64,000 bases of DNA from Amoebophilaceae bacterium (GTDB taxonomy: Bacteria > Bacteroidota > Bacteroidia > Cytophagales > Amoebophilaceae). The stretch lies in the NCBI GenBank assembly GCA_965275955.1, contig OZ254961.1, forward strand, positions 301,817 through 365,816, in the 5' to 3' direction. Shown here one piece after another: positions 1 through 11,815 of this stretch (positions are counted from its first letter, which is position 1; the number at the start of each line of letters is the position of its first letter). The position numbers and the translations under genes were made by a program. The notes beneath the pieces were generated by a model. It was not told the origin of the DNA. It searched no databases and saw only the letters and a list, made by a program, of their open reading frames with translations.

Positions 1-66
1 GTAGGGGAATCGAACCCCTGTTTCCAGGATGAAAACCTGACGTCCTAACCCCTAGACGAACGGGCC
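1..66 (-). tRNA. tRNA-Glu (anticodon TTC), 3' acceptor end cut off by the window edge
   Basis: The reverse complement reads GGCCCGT-TC-GTCT-AGGGGTTA-GGAC-G-TCAGG-TTTTCAT-CCTGG-AAAC-AGGGG-TTCGATT-CCCCT-AC. The cloverleaf folds by hand and the anticodon loop gives UUC. The last 5-6 nt lie outside the window. Confidence 0.85.
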
Positions 67-263
67 AAGGGAGAGGGTGCAAAGATAGCCGGTCCCTCTA
101 CTTTTTCAAATCTTAATTGCGTATTTTGCTGCTCACATCCTAAAGCACCTACAGCAAGAAAAAATTTGCGCTGTCTGCGCTTCAGCTTTAGCCAAGCGTG
201 AGGAAGCGCGTAGGTGAGGTGTAATTGCGTTACAAGCTACTTCGTCCGCACATCCCCTTTTTG

Positions 264-1256
264 ATGATCAAGCCAACAGTAGCCATCAATGGCTTTGGAA
301 GAATAGGCCGAATGAGCCTGAGGGCTTTGCTACAACAAGATCAGGTAGCAGTCGTAGCGATCAACGACCTAACAGATGCTGCTACCCTGGCCCATTTACT
401 CAAATATGACTCCAACTATGGCCTTTTTCCAGGCGAAGTGTGCTGTCAAGGCAACACGCTAGTGGTAGCAAGTACAAAAATACAGGTCTATGCCCAGCCT
501 GATCCTACCCAGCTCCCTTGGAAGGATTTGGGCATTACTACGGTACTAGAGGCAACTGGTAGGTTCACTAACCAAGCAGGAGCCAGCCAACACCTCGCTG
601 CAGGCGCTCAGCGCGTTGTCATCTCTGCTCCTGCCCAAGGCAATATGCCTACCGTGGTGCTAGGGGTCAATGACCATACCTTACAAGGAGATGAACCCAT
701 TATTTCGAATGCTTCTTGCACGACCAACTGCCTGGCGCCTATGGCTAAGGTGCTAGACAGCCACTTTGGCATTGAACAGGGCTACATCAATACCATTCAT
801 GCTTACACCGCTGACCAGCGGCTACAAGATGCTCCTCACAAAGACCTACGCAGGGCCAGGGCAGCTAACCAGTCTATTATCCCGACCTCTACGGGGGCTG
901 CCCAAGCAGTAGGCTTGGTGTTACCCCACCTACAAGGTAAGCTCAATGGCATGGCCACCCGTGTTCCTGTGTCGGATGGATCCATGACTGACTTTACCGT
1001 TTTACTCAGGCAGGCGCCTACCCAAGAAGCGATCAACAAGGCCATGCTCGCAGCGGCACAAGGGCCCCTCAAAGGCATCTTGGCTTACACAGAAGACCCT
1101 ATTGTATCCGTCGATGTGATCGGTAACACACACTCCTGCATTTTTGATGCCCAGCTTACCACTGTTCAAGGGCATCTGGCTAAGGTGGTGGGCTGGTATG
1201 ACAACGAAGCAGGGTATGCACATCGCATCGCTGAGCTGATTGGCCAACTGAGCTAG
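264..1256 (+). CDS. gap: Glyceraldehyde-3-phosphate dehydrogenase
   Basis: Contains the NAD-binding INGFGRIGR, the catalytic SNASCTTNCLAP and the C-terminal WYDNEAGY. The ATG at 264 (MIKPTVAINGFGRIGR) is preferred over the upstream TTG at 225. Confidence 0.93.
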   Translation: MIKPTVAINGFGRIGRMSLRALLQQDQVAVVAINDLTDAATLAHLLKYDSNYGLFPGEVCCQGNTLVVASTKIQVYAQPDPTQLPWKDLGITTVLEATGRFTNQAGASQHLAAGAQRVVISAPAQGNMPTVVLGVNDHTLQGDEPIISNASCTTNCLAPMAKVLDSHFGIEQGYINTIHAYTADQRLQDAPHKDLRRARAANQSIIPTSTGAAQAVGLVLPHLQGKLNGMATRVPVSDGSMTDFTVLLRQAPTQEAINKAMLAAAQGPLKGILAYTEDPIVSVDVIGNTHSCIFDAQLTTVQGHLAKVVGWYDNEAGYAHRIAELIGQLS

Positions 1257-1293
1257 ACAATGGCGTTTTAGTAAGGATAAGGTATGAGAGGAG

Positions 1294-3411
1294 CTATGCA
1301 AATAGCTGCGCCTTCATTACCTCGTCTAGGGTTACCTTAAAAAAGGCCTCATGCATGTTAAAAGGCGGCTCATTCCCTGGCTTGCTCCTGGTATATGTCC
1401 CATCTTCTTGCATCAGGTAGCTGTTTACGTTGTCCTTTAAGTTGTAAGCCAGCATGTTGATAACCTGTTGTTTGAGGGCAGGATCTGAGATAGCGAACAC
1501 GGCTTCAATGCGTTTTTCAAAGCTCCTAACCATGATGTCTGCGCTACCCACGTATACCTTGGGGTCGCCTTGATTATGGAAGTAAAAAATGCGAGCATGC
1601 TCTAAGAAGTCTCCTACAACAGAGCGGACTATGATGTTGTCGCTCAAGCCAGGCTTTTGAGGTATCAGACAGCAAATACCTCTTACAATGAGCTGAATGG
1701 GTACTCCTGCTTGCGAAGTTTTGTACAGCTCCTCAATGGTAGCCTCATCTTCTAGCGCGTTCACCTTAATAGCAATGCCACAGGACAAGCCCTGCTGTGC
1801 ATTTTGGACTTCCCGACGAATCATGGCTATAAGCTGCTCACGGATGTCAAGTGGGGTAGTGATGAGGTGCTTGTAGGTTGGGGGCATAGAGTGGCCAGTG
1901 ATGACGTTAAAAAACTCTGCAACATCCTTGGCATACGCCTCGTCTATAGTCATTAAGCTGACGTCTGCATACCCCTTAGCCGTTTCTTCGTTGTAGTTGC
2001 CGCTGGATAGGTGCATGTACCGGGTAATCTGCTCACCTTTCTTTTGTACAATCATCATCATTTTAGCATGCGTCTTGACATTACTCACGCCATAAATCAC
2101 AAAGCAGCCTGCTTTTTCCAGTTTCTGTGCCTCCTGTATGTTGTGCTCTTCATCAAAACGGGCCTTGATTTCCATAAGCACAACCACTTGCTTGCCACGC
2201 GCGGCAGCCTTGACCAAGGCTGCCGTAACCGCTGAATCTGGAGCCAGCCGATAGATAGTCATTTTGATAGTTAGTACATGGGGGTCTTCGGCTGCCCTCT
2301 CAATAAACTCGAGCAATAAGTCAATGCTATTGTAAGGGTGGTGTAGCAGGATGTCTTGCTGTTTGAGGACTTCAAAGAAATCACCGCCACTTTGGGTAGG
2401 ATAGAAAAGAGGGCGAGCTGGAGGGTGGCCCTCGGAGCCACTATACTGCACAAGCTGTTGGAGGCTTGTAAGGTCTATGAGGCTTTTTGCAGGGACCTGA
2501 AACACATTGTCCTCGTCAATATGCCACTTGCGCTTCAAAAGCGCTACCAGCCCCGGGTCGTGATTGGCTTCTACCTCCAATCTGACTACTCTTCCTCTGT
2601 TTCTTTTCTTTAGCTTTCTCCTCAGCTGCTCTACAAAATTGGCCTCTATATCGTCACTTTCTTCAAGCGAAAAATCTCCGTTACGCGTAATCCTAAAAAG
2701 GGTAACAGAACGAATGGTCATGTTTTTGAAAAGCATAGGCAAATATGCCCGTATGATTTCCTCTATAGGGATAAAGGCCATGTTAGGGTGCCGGTTGAGG
2801 CGGTAAAAGCGCGATAAATTTTGGGGCAGTTGGATAAAGGAGGGTTTTGGGGGGGCGCTTTTTTCAGCTGGGTTATGCGTTACTACACCCAACACCAGCA
2901 GCCTGCTGGCCAAGGCTGGAAACGTGTGATGCTTGTCAAACACCATGGGCGTGAGCATCGGGAAAAGGGCTTTTTCAAAATAAAGGCAGAGCTGCTGCTG
3001 CTCTGCCTGGCTCAGGGCAGCTAGGTCTTGGACTACTGTAAAGTGGTTAGCTTCGAATAACGGAGTCAGCTTTTGATCAAAGTACTCGTGCTGCTTTTGA
3101 AAGGCTGCCTTGGCTGCTATGAGCAGTTGGTGCCAAAAGGCTACTGGATGCAACGCCAGCTTGTTGGTCCAGTTCCGGCTGTAGTCAAGGTAGTTATAGA
3201 GGCGACCTATCCTAACCATGAAAAATTCATCCAGGTTAGTAGCACTAATGACCAAAAACTTAAGCCGCTCAAAGATAGTTTTTTCCGATCTTCCTACCTG
3301 GTCTAGGACACGTTTGTTGAACTTCAGCCAGCTCAGGTCTCTGCTAAGGTAACGGGCTGGCTGCGTGGGTTCTGTTGGGGTTGCTTGTGTCGTGCGCTTG
3401 TCCTTGGCCAT
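1294..3411 (-). CDS. ppk: Polyphosphate kinase 1
   Basis: 705-aa ORF. The N-terminus YLSRDLSWLKFNKRVL is typical of PPK1. The C-terminal PLD-like repeats include VKTHAKMMMIV and GSADIMVRSF. Confidence 0.9.
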   Translation of the reverse strand: MAKDKRTTQATPTEPTQPARYLSRDLSWLKFNKRVLDQVGRSEKTIFERLKFLVISATNLDEFFMVRIGRLYNYLDYSRNWTNKLALHPVAFWHQLLIAAKAAFQKQHEYFDQKLTPLFEANHFTVVQDLAALSQAEQQQLCLYFEKALFPMLTPMVFDKHHTFPALASRLLVLGVVTHNPAEKSAPPKPSFIQLPQNLSRFYRLNRHPNMAFIPIEEIIRAYLPMLFKNMTIRSVTLFRITRNGDFSLEESDDIEANFVEQLRRKLKKRNRGRVVRLEVEANHDPGLVALLKRKWHIDEDNVFQVPAKSLIDLTSLQQLVQYSGSEGHPPARPLFYPTQSGGDFFEVLKQQDILLHHPYNSIDLLLEFIERAAEDPHVLTIKMTIYRLAPDSAVTAALVKAAARGKQVVVLMEIKARFDEEHNIQEAQKLEKAGCFVIYGVSNVKTHAKMMMIVQKKGEQITRYMHLSSGNYNEETAKGYADVSLMTIDEAYAKDVAEFFNVITGHSMPPTYKHLITTPLDIREQLIAMIRREVQNAQQGLSCGIAIKVNALEDEATIEELYKTSQAGVPIQLIVRGICCLIPQKPGLSDNIIVRSVVGDFLEHARIFYFHNQGDPKVYVGSADIMVRSFEKRIEAVFAISDPALKQQVINMLAYNLKDNVNSYLMQEDGTYTRSKPGNEPPFNMHEAFFKVTLDEVMKAQLFA

Positions 3412-3414
3412 CCA

Positions 3415-5403
<1,989 letters not shown>

Positions 5404-5436
5404 CTATTTGATTTTCCGCTACGCAGGAGGAGCCTG

Positions 5437-5500
5437 GTCTGCTACCCGAGCTTTGAGTGAGCAGACAAAAGGCCGAATCAAGGGGCTGGAGGGACGGTTG
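5437..5500 (+). repeat. Degenerate copy (D) of the intergenic palindromic repeat family
   Basis: CCCGAGCTTTGAGTGAGCAGA...GGGACGG matches the copy B core TCCGAGCTTTGCCCTGAGCAGA...GGGACGC. It lies in the dnaB-gyrB spacer. Confidence 0.35.
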
Positions 5501-5522
5501 CTAACAAAAGGAGGCCTCTCCT

Positions 5523-7070
5523 TTAGGAGGTTGCTGGCAGGACTGGGCTAGCGCCATTGGCTTTGCTGGGTTGCGTAACAGTGTCAAAGTTACTGTATTG
5601 GTCATCCGAAAAGTTAGGGAGCTCATGGTCAACAAATTTGGTGTACTTGCCAATGAACTTGAGCCCTGCGCTATCGAGTGAGCCATTGCGGTGCTTGGCT
5701 ACGATCACCTCCCCCATTCCTTGTGTAGGATGCCCTTCTGCATCTTCGGTCATGCCATAGTACTCAGGCCGGTACAAAAACAGCACCATATCTGCGTCCT
5801 GCTCAATAGAGCCTGACTCCCTCAGGTCGGATAATTGTGGTCTTTTATTGCCTCCCCTGGTTTCCACAGCACGGCTCAGCTGAGAGCCAACGATGACAGG
5901 GACATGCAGCTCTTTGGCAATGCTCTTGAGCGAGCGGGAGATAGAGGCAATTTCTTGCTCACGGTTGCCTGCCCCCCTGATTGACTCCCCTGACATGAGC
6001 TGTAGGTAATCCACAGCAATGAGTTGAATGTTATGCTTGGCTTTGAGCCTGCGGCATTTGGCACGCAATTCAAAAATGGACAAAGCAGGTGTATCGTCAA
6101 TGTAGATAGGTGCTTGCGAAAGTTGGGCGGTTTTATGCATCAGCTGCTCCCATTCGTAGTCAGCAAGATTCCCTTTTTTGATCTTCTCGCCCTCTAGCTC
6201 TGCCTCTGCTGAGATAAGCCTGTTAACAAGCTGCAAAGCGGCCATTTCCAAAGAGAAAATAGCTACAGGATGGCCATGGTCTACTGCAGCATTGCGCAGG
6301 GCAGAGAGCAACAAGGCAGTCTTACCCATGCCTGGCCTGGCTGCTACAATGATTAGGTCGGCTTTTTGCCAGCCTGAAGTAACTCTGTCTAGCGCTGTAA
6401 AGCCACTGGGGATGCCTGTCAAACCATCTTTGTGCTGCCTTTTGACCTCTAATTCTTTGAACGCCTCCCCTAACAACGAACGCATGTCGCTGTAGTTTTT
6501 ACGGATATGCGAGTCTGTGACTTCAAACAAGGCCTGCTCTGCCTGGTCTAAGAGCTCAAAGATGTCTTGGGTGTCTTCATAAGCACTTCTATGCACCTCA
6601 GTAGCAACAGCAATCAGCGCCCGTTTGATAGCATACTCGGCAATGGCCCGGGCATGGAATTCAATGTTAGAGGCAGAGCTGACCCGTGTAGTAAGCGAGG
6701 TGATATAATAAGCCCCCCCCACCAACTCGAGCTTACCGTTTTTGCGGAGCTGGTTAACGACTGTACGCAGGTCAATAGGTGCTGCGTCGTTAAAGAGCTG
6801 CACAATAGCCTGATAGATCTCTTGGTGTGCTTCTTTGTAAAAACTCGCTGGCTTAAGGATGTCAATGACTGTGGTAAGCGCATCCTTTTCTAGCATAAGC
6901 GCGCCTAACACACTTTCTTCAATGTCTGGGGCTTGTGGCGGGAGTTTAGCAAGCCTGTCTACTGCCTGGAGGGCAGGCGGTTTTGAAGAGGAGGTATCAG
7001 CTTGGTTAGGGAGCAGACTTTCTGTTATCATACCAGCAAATGTAATGCTTTTCATGGCACAACTTTTCAC
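5523..7070 (-). CDS. dnaB: Replicative DNA helicase DnaB
   Basis: 515 aa. N-terminal domain PPQAPDIEESVLGALML, Walker A ARPGMGKTA, Walker B IAVDYLQLM, plus GSQLSRAVE. The exact start is uncertain, with Met candidates at 7070, 7055 and 7031. Confidence 0.93.
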   Translation of the reverse strand: MKSCAMKSITFAGMITESLLPNQADTSSSKPPALQAVDRLAKLPPQAPDIEESVLGALMLEKDALTTVIDILKPASFYKEAHQEIYQAIVQLFNDAAPIDLRTVVNQLRKNGKLELVGGAYYITSLTTRVSSASNIEFHARAIAEYAIKRALIAVATEVHRSAYEDTQDIFELLDQAEQALFEVTDSHIRKNYSDMRSLLGEAFKELEVKRQHKDGLTGIPSGFTALDRVTSGWQKADLIIVAARPGMGKTALLLSALRNAAVDHGHPVAIFSLEMAALQLVNRLISAEAELEGEKIKKGNLADYEWEQLMHKTAQLSQAPIYIDDTPALSIFELRAKCRRLKAKHNIQLIAVDYLQLMSGESIRGAGNREQEIASISRSLKSIAKELHVPVIVGSQLSRAVETRGGNKRPQLSDLRESGSIEQDADMVLFLYRPEYYGMTEDAEGHPTQGMGEVIVAKHRNGSLDSAGLKFIGKYTKFVDHELPNFSDDQYSNFDTVTQPSKANGASPVLPATS

Positions 7071-7281
7071 ATCTTATGAACAAGCTGTCCCCCTACATAA
7101 CTATTTCTCAAATCTCTAGCAACACGCTAGATTTAGGCACTTGGCTATCGGCTTATTGCGTTATTTGATTATTTATGAACTAGGCTATGAACGCGCCGGG
7201 AGATCCTGCTGAATGTAGTACCAAGCAACAACATGGAGGTGTGGACAACGGATAACGCATCACTGACTGAACTGATCACTA

Positions 7282-8196
7282 ATGAAAATACACTTTATTG
7301 GCATTGGCGAACGCATGATGGGTGACCTGGCAGTCGCTTTATGCGAGCAAGGACACACCGTAACGGGCAGTGATGCAACTTTTGCTGACTTGACAGGGCA
7401 ACGCTTAGCAAGTAGCGGGTTGATGCCTGCGCACCCTGGCTGGTTTCCACAAAAGATAGCGCAAGGTTTAGACAAGGTAATAGTGGATAGACAAGTGCAT
7501 GCAGACAATCCAGAGCTACAAGCAGCCCAGCAGCTTGGCTTACCTATCTGTGCTTACGCTGAATTCATCTATGTGTATGCACAAGACAAGCAGCGCATGG
7601 TCATTACAGGCGGAGAAGAAAAGACCTTGATTGGTATTTTAGCTTTGCATGTGCTAGGGTATCTCCACAAAGCGTTTGATTATGTTGTTAATGCCCCTAC
7701 CCTAGCAGCCAGTGTACAGCTCAGCGATGCACCGATCATCATTCTCGAGGGTGATGCAGCCCCCTCCTCTCGTATTGATTTACAGCCGCAGAGCTTGCGC
7801 TACCAACACAACCTAGTGCTGATCAGTGGTATTAGCTGGAAAGCAAGTGCAACCTACCCTACCTTAGCGACCTATTTGCAGTATGTGACCCGCCTAGCAG
7901 ATGCTTCACCCAAAGGCGGTACGCTGCTCTATTGCGAGGAAGCCCCCCTGGTCAAGAACATTGGTAGTAAGCCTAGAGCTGATGTGAGGAACGAGTCCTA
8001 CAAAGCCCATCCCCATCGGCATGAGGGAACCCAAGCCTACTTAATTACGCCCCAAGGAGATATCCCTTTCCCCTATGCTGACATAGCATCCATGCGTGCT
8101 GTAGCCGGTGCCCAACAGCTTGTACGCAACTTGGCCCTCACTGACCAGCAGTTCTATGAAGCGCTGGCTACTTTTCGTTTAGATCACATCACCTGA
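7282..8196 (+). CDS. Mur-ligase-like protein (Mpl/MurC-related N-terminal and central domains, degenerate P-loop)
   Basis: 304 aa. MKIHFIGIGERMMGDLA resembles the MurC/Mpl Rossmann N-terminus. VITGGEEKT sits where the Mur ligase P-loop GTxGKT is expected. No C-terminal Mur ligase domain is present. Confidence 0.55.
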   Translation: MKIHFIGIGERMMGDLAVALCEQGHTVTGSDATFADLTGQRLASSGLMPAHPGWFPQKIAQGLDKVIVDRQVHADNPELQAAQQLGLPICAYAEFIYVYAQDKQRMVITGGEEKTLIGILALHVLGYLHKAFDYVVNAPTLAASVQLSDAPIIILEGDAAPSSRIDLQPQSLRYQHNLVLISGISWKASATYPTLATYLQYVTRLADASPKGGTLLYCEEAPLVKNIGSKPRADVRNESYKAHPHRHEGTQAYLITPQGDIPFPYADIASMRAVAGAQQLVRNLALTDQQFYEALATFRLDHIT

Positions 8197-8206
8197 TACC
8201 GTTGCT

Positions 8207-9017
8207 ATGCCCTTGAACCTCAAGAATCCACTTGCTTTTTTTGATCTAGAAGCTACAGGTACTCATGTCACCCATGACCGCATTGTCGAGATCGCGATTA
8301 TCAAAGTCATGCCCAATGGAGAGCAGCTGACCTATAACCAACGACTTAACCCAGGCATCCCTATTCCCTCAGAAGCCAGTATGATTCATGGCATTGATGA
8401 CAAGGATGTCAAAGATGCCCCTAGCTTCAAGATGATTGCCAAAGAGCTAGTCAAATTCTTGCAAAGCAGCGACCTGGCAGGGTTCAATGTCTTGCGTTTT
8501 GATATTCCCATGCTCATCGAGAGCTTTTTGCGGGCAGAGGTGGAGTTTAAAATGGAGCACAGAAAAGTAGTGGATGCCCAGCGCATTTTTCATTGGATGG
8601 AAAAGCGGGATTTGTCTGCTGCCTACCAATTCTATTGCCAAAAAAAGCTCCCAGGAGCACACAGTGCTATGGCAGATACGGGCCGCTACCTTGGCCGTGT
8701 TAGAAGCCCAAATAGCGCAATATGAAAACCAGCCTGTCACAGACCATACGGGCCGCCAACTAGGGGTAATGAAAAATGATGTAACCCAACTGCACGCCCT
8801 TACAGCTGGGCCTATGCTAGATTTTGCAGGTAGGATGGTTTATGATGCACAAGGGATACCCGTGTTCAAATTTGGCAAGCACAAGAACAAGCCTGTGACT
8901 CAAGTCTTGCAAGAAGAGCCTGCCTACTACAACTGGATGATGCAGGGAGATTTCCCGCTTGATACCAAGCGCAAGCTAACGCAAATCAAACTGCAAGCCA
9001 TGCAAAAGAATTCCTAG
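8207..9017 (+). pseudogene. DnaQ-like 3'-5' exonuclease, split by a +1 frameshift in a G run near 8680-8683
   Basis: The Exo I motif FFDLEATG, Exo II motif IHGIDDKDV and Exo III motif HSAMADT lie in the 8207 frame. The expected continuation AATLAVLEAQIAQYENQ and a ~110-aa C-terminal domain lie in the 8574 frame. Removing one G from ACGGGCC restores a single ~269-aa ORF. Confidence 0.8.
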
Positions 9018-9056
9018 TTGACAGCGTACCCCTTGTAACGGTTTTACACGTGTTAC

Positions 9057-9920
9057 TCAGCTGTTGGGGCGCTGCCCATACACAATCAGCAAGGTACCAG
9101 GAATGATCAGGGCAGCACTGAGGTAACTATGTCCAGTAGGTAGCTCCTGAAAAAGCACATAGCCTACCCCCATAGAAATCAGCAGCTCTAGATAGCGAAA
9201 GGGCGCTAGTGACGAGACACCAGCTAGTGCAAAAGCCTTGAGCAAAAAGTACAAGATCAAGTTGCTGCCAATACCCAAGACCCCAAGCCACCCTAAGGCC
9301 TGCCTAGTAGGCATAGGTCCAGCGTATAGTGCTGGTAAAGCCAGTAATACTGTAGCAAACAAGGTGGAGTAAAAAAGCATGCATAGCATGGGTTCTTGCG
9401 TAACGTACTTTTTGTTGATAATATCTAGCAGGCCAAACAAGAGGGCAGCCAGCACAAAGAGGAGGGGCACACGCTGAAAAGACCAGGGGTTGGGCTGTAA
9501 GACCAGCACAATGCCGCAAAAACCTAGGAGTGTAGCGAGCCAAATAGCCCAAGTAACGTGCTCTTGCAAAAAGATGGGCGCTAAAAGGAGTACGAAGATA
9601 GGCACAGTAAAACCCATGATTGTGGCTGTGGTAATGGGGGCTGCTTGAACGCCATGACTCCACAGGCTGATGGCAATGACTAGCACCCCCCCTCGCAGTA
9701 CGTGCAGCCAGGGCCTCTGGGTTTTAAAGGACACTGGGCCGTGGTAGAACATCAGTGGGAGCAAAGACACGGTACCAAAAAAGCAGCGGAAAAAAGCGAC
9801 TTGCCAAGGGCTAATGTAGGCACCCATGTACTTCATGATAGCATCGTTGCCACAGCTGACAACAAGGCTCAACACCAACCAAAGCATCGCCTTGAGGTAA
9901 TTTAAAAACGACCTGTGCAT
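9057..9920 (-). CDS. EamA/DMT-family transporter
   Basis: 287 aa with about ten hydrophobic segments in two EamA-like halves. The start may be the internal Met at 9887, which would remove the 19-nt overlap with mnmA. Confidence 0.7.
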   Translation of the reverse strand: MHRSFLNYLKAMLWLVLSLVVSCGNDAIMKYMGAYISPWQVAFFRCFFGTVSLLPLMFYHGPVSFKTQRPWLHVLRGGVLVIAISLWSHGVQAAPITTATIMGFTVPIFVLLLAPIFLQEHVTWAIWLATLLGFCGIVLVLQPNPWSFQRVPLLFVLAALLFGLLDIINKKYVTQEPMLCMLFYSTLFATVLLALPALYAGPMPTRQALGWLGVLGIGSNLILYFLLKAFALAGVSSLAPFRYLELLISMGVGYVLFQELPTGHSYLSAALIIPGTLLIVYGQRPNS

Positions 9921-11074
9921 CCCTTATTTTGCTTGCTGACTGTGCGCAAGGGCAGTGTGACTGGAGCTTGGTTTTGTTGAAAGGAACGGGTAATCCATCC
10001 CCCGCCAATCACATCATTACCTTCATAAAAAACAGCCGCTTGGCCTGGTGCTATAGCATGCACGCCTTTGCCAAAAAAAACCTTCATTGTATCTCCTGCT
10101 TGCTCAATCACAGCAGGCGTGCCTGGATCACTGTAGCGGACCTTAGTAATCGTATCTAGTTTTTGACCTTGCAAGTCAGCATACTTAGCCATGTTCAGCT
10201 TGCTCACATACATGCCGTCTCTGGCCAACTCATCAAACATACCTAGCACTACCTGGTTCTGATCTTTGCGTATTTCTGTGACGTACACAGGATAGCCCAA
10301 GGCGATGCCCAGGCCTTTGCGCTGTCCCACCGTGTAAAAAGGATAGCCCGCATGCTGGCCCACTACGGTTCCATCTTCTAAAACAAATTCCCCCCCTGTC
10401 ACTGTCTCCTCTAGCCCTGCTACCCTACGCTTGAGAAAACCCCGGTAGTCATTGTCAGGCACAAAGCAGATTTCGTAGGACTCTGACTTATTCAGCAGGT
10501 CTTTAAACCCCCTTTCTTGGGCAAAAGCGCGTATCTCAGGTTTGGTCAGCTCACCCAAAGGCAGCATCGTTCTGCTTAAGCTGGCCTGTGAAACACCCCA
10601 AAGCGCATAAGATTGGTCTTTGTTGAGGTCTTTTCCTTTAGAGATGATGTAGCGGCCATGTTCTTCCCGAACCTGGGCATAGTGGCCTGTAGCAATGTAT
10701 GCGCAATTGAGCTTATCTGCCCGCCTAAGCAAAGCATCCCACTTAATGTGTGTATTACACAGTACGCATGGGTTGGGCGTCCTGCCGGCCAAATACTCTG
10801 TAGTGAAGTGGTTAATCACATAGTCTCCAAACTCCTTGCGAATGTCCAAGATCAAGTGGGGGAACCCCAGGTCAACAGCGATGTTGCGCGCGTCATTGAT
10901 CGAGTCTAAGCTACAGCAGCCAGTCTCCTTTTTGCTGCCTCCACTGTTGGCATAGTCCCAGGTCTTCATCGTAAGCCCCACCACCTCATAGCCCTGCTCA
11001 TGCAGCATCACTGCAGCTACAGAGCTATCTATCCCACCGCTCATGGCTACTAATACACGTTCTTTGGTACTCAT
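9902..11074 (-). CDS. mnmA: tRNA 2-thiouridine(34) synthase MnmA
   Basis: 390 aa. PP-loop VAMSGGIDSSV, catalytic Cys region RTPNPCVLCN, plus IATGHYA. It carries a ~30-aa C-terminal tail beyond the usual end. Confidence 0.93.
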   Translation of the reverse strand: MSTKERVLVAMSGGIDSSVAAVMLHEQGYEVVGLTMKTWDYANSGGSKKETGCCSLDSINDARNIAVDLGFPHLILDIRKEFGDYVINHFTTEYLAGRTPNPCVLCNTHIKWDALLRRADKLNCAYIATGHYAQVREEHGRYIISKGKDLNKDQSYALWGVSQASLSRTMLPLGELTKPEIRAFAQERGFKDLLNKSESYEICFVPDNDYRGFLKRRVAGLEETVTGGEFVLEDGTVVGQHAGYPFYTVGQRKGLGIALGYPVYVTEIRKDQNQVVLGMFDELARDGMYVSKLNMAKYADLQGQKLDTITKVRYSDPGTPAVIEQAGDTMKVFFGKGVHAIAPGQAAVFYEGNDVIGGGWITRSFQQNQAPVTLPLRTVSKQNKGCTGRF

Positions 11075-11160
11075 TACTCACTTTTTCGTCTGGTTAGCTG
11101 CCCTAAATATACTACTTTCGTCCTCACCTAGGCCCCCATTATCTAAGACTACTAAGCACC

Positions 11161-11784
11161 GTGCCCCTGAAGACTCTTGTCAAGATCAGTGCCGTGAACA
11201 ACCTAAGCGATGCTCGGTATGGTGCAGGCATGGGAGTAGCTATGATGGGATTTCCGCTAGACATTCATCATGCCCACTATCTCCGCCCTGAGCAGTTCAA
11301 GACGATCACTCAGTGGATCCAAGGAGTAGCGCTGGTAGGCGAGCTAAGTGCCACTGATCCAGCAGTTATTCAGCAAACACTTGACCAGTATTCACTGGAC
11401 TACTTACAGCTGGATGATCCCATAGCAACGCAGCGCATAGCTGATTTGGCTGTTCCTCTTCTCATTAAGTTCAGGCTGCAAGGCAACGAGACGCTGGCCT
11501 CTTTACAAGCCCGCATGGATACTTATGCACCCTATAGCAAGTATTTTTTACTGGAGGCAGCCTCCTCCCAGGAGGTTGCCTTAGCTGCCTTACAACCTAC
11601 CGTCAATGGCCTGGCCCAGCGTTTTCCTATCCTGCAAAGCTACCACATCACCCCTGCCACCCTTCCTCAGTTGCTGGCTACCAAACTGCAGGGTATTGCT
11701 TTGCAAGGAGGTACAGAGGCCAAGCCTGGCTATAAGGATTTTGGCCAACTTGCAGAGGTGCTGGAGTGCTTAACTGTAGAATAA
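11161..11784 (+). CDS. TrpF-like (phosphoribosylanthranilate isomerase fold) protein with substituted catalytic residues
   Basis: 207 aa. VKISAVNNLSDARYGAGMGVAMMGFPL aligns by eye to TrpF VKICGITNLEDA..GAD.VGFVF. GIALQGGTEAKPGYKD aligns to AVDVSSGVE..PGKKD. The catalytic Cys is Ser here and the acid Asp (LLDT) is Glu (FLLEA). GTG start. Confidence 0.5.
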   Translation: MPLKTLVKISAVNNLSDARYGAGMGVAMMGFPLDIHHAHYLRPEQFKTITQWIQGVALVGELSATDPAVIQQTLDQYSLDYLQLDDPIATQRIADLAVPLLIKFRLQGNETLASLQARMDTYAPYSKYFLLEAASSQEVALAALQPTVNGLAQRFPILQSYHITPATLPQLLATKLQGIALQGGTEAKPGYKDFGQLAEVLECLTVE

Positions 11785-11815
11785 CGCTATGAGTCAAAGA
11801 ACAAAGCGCCGCCTT

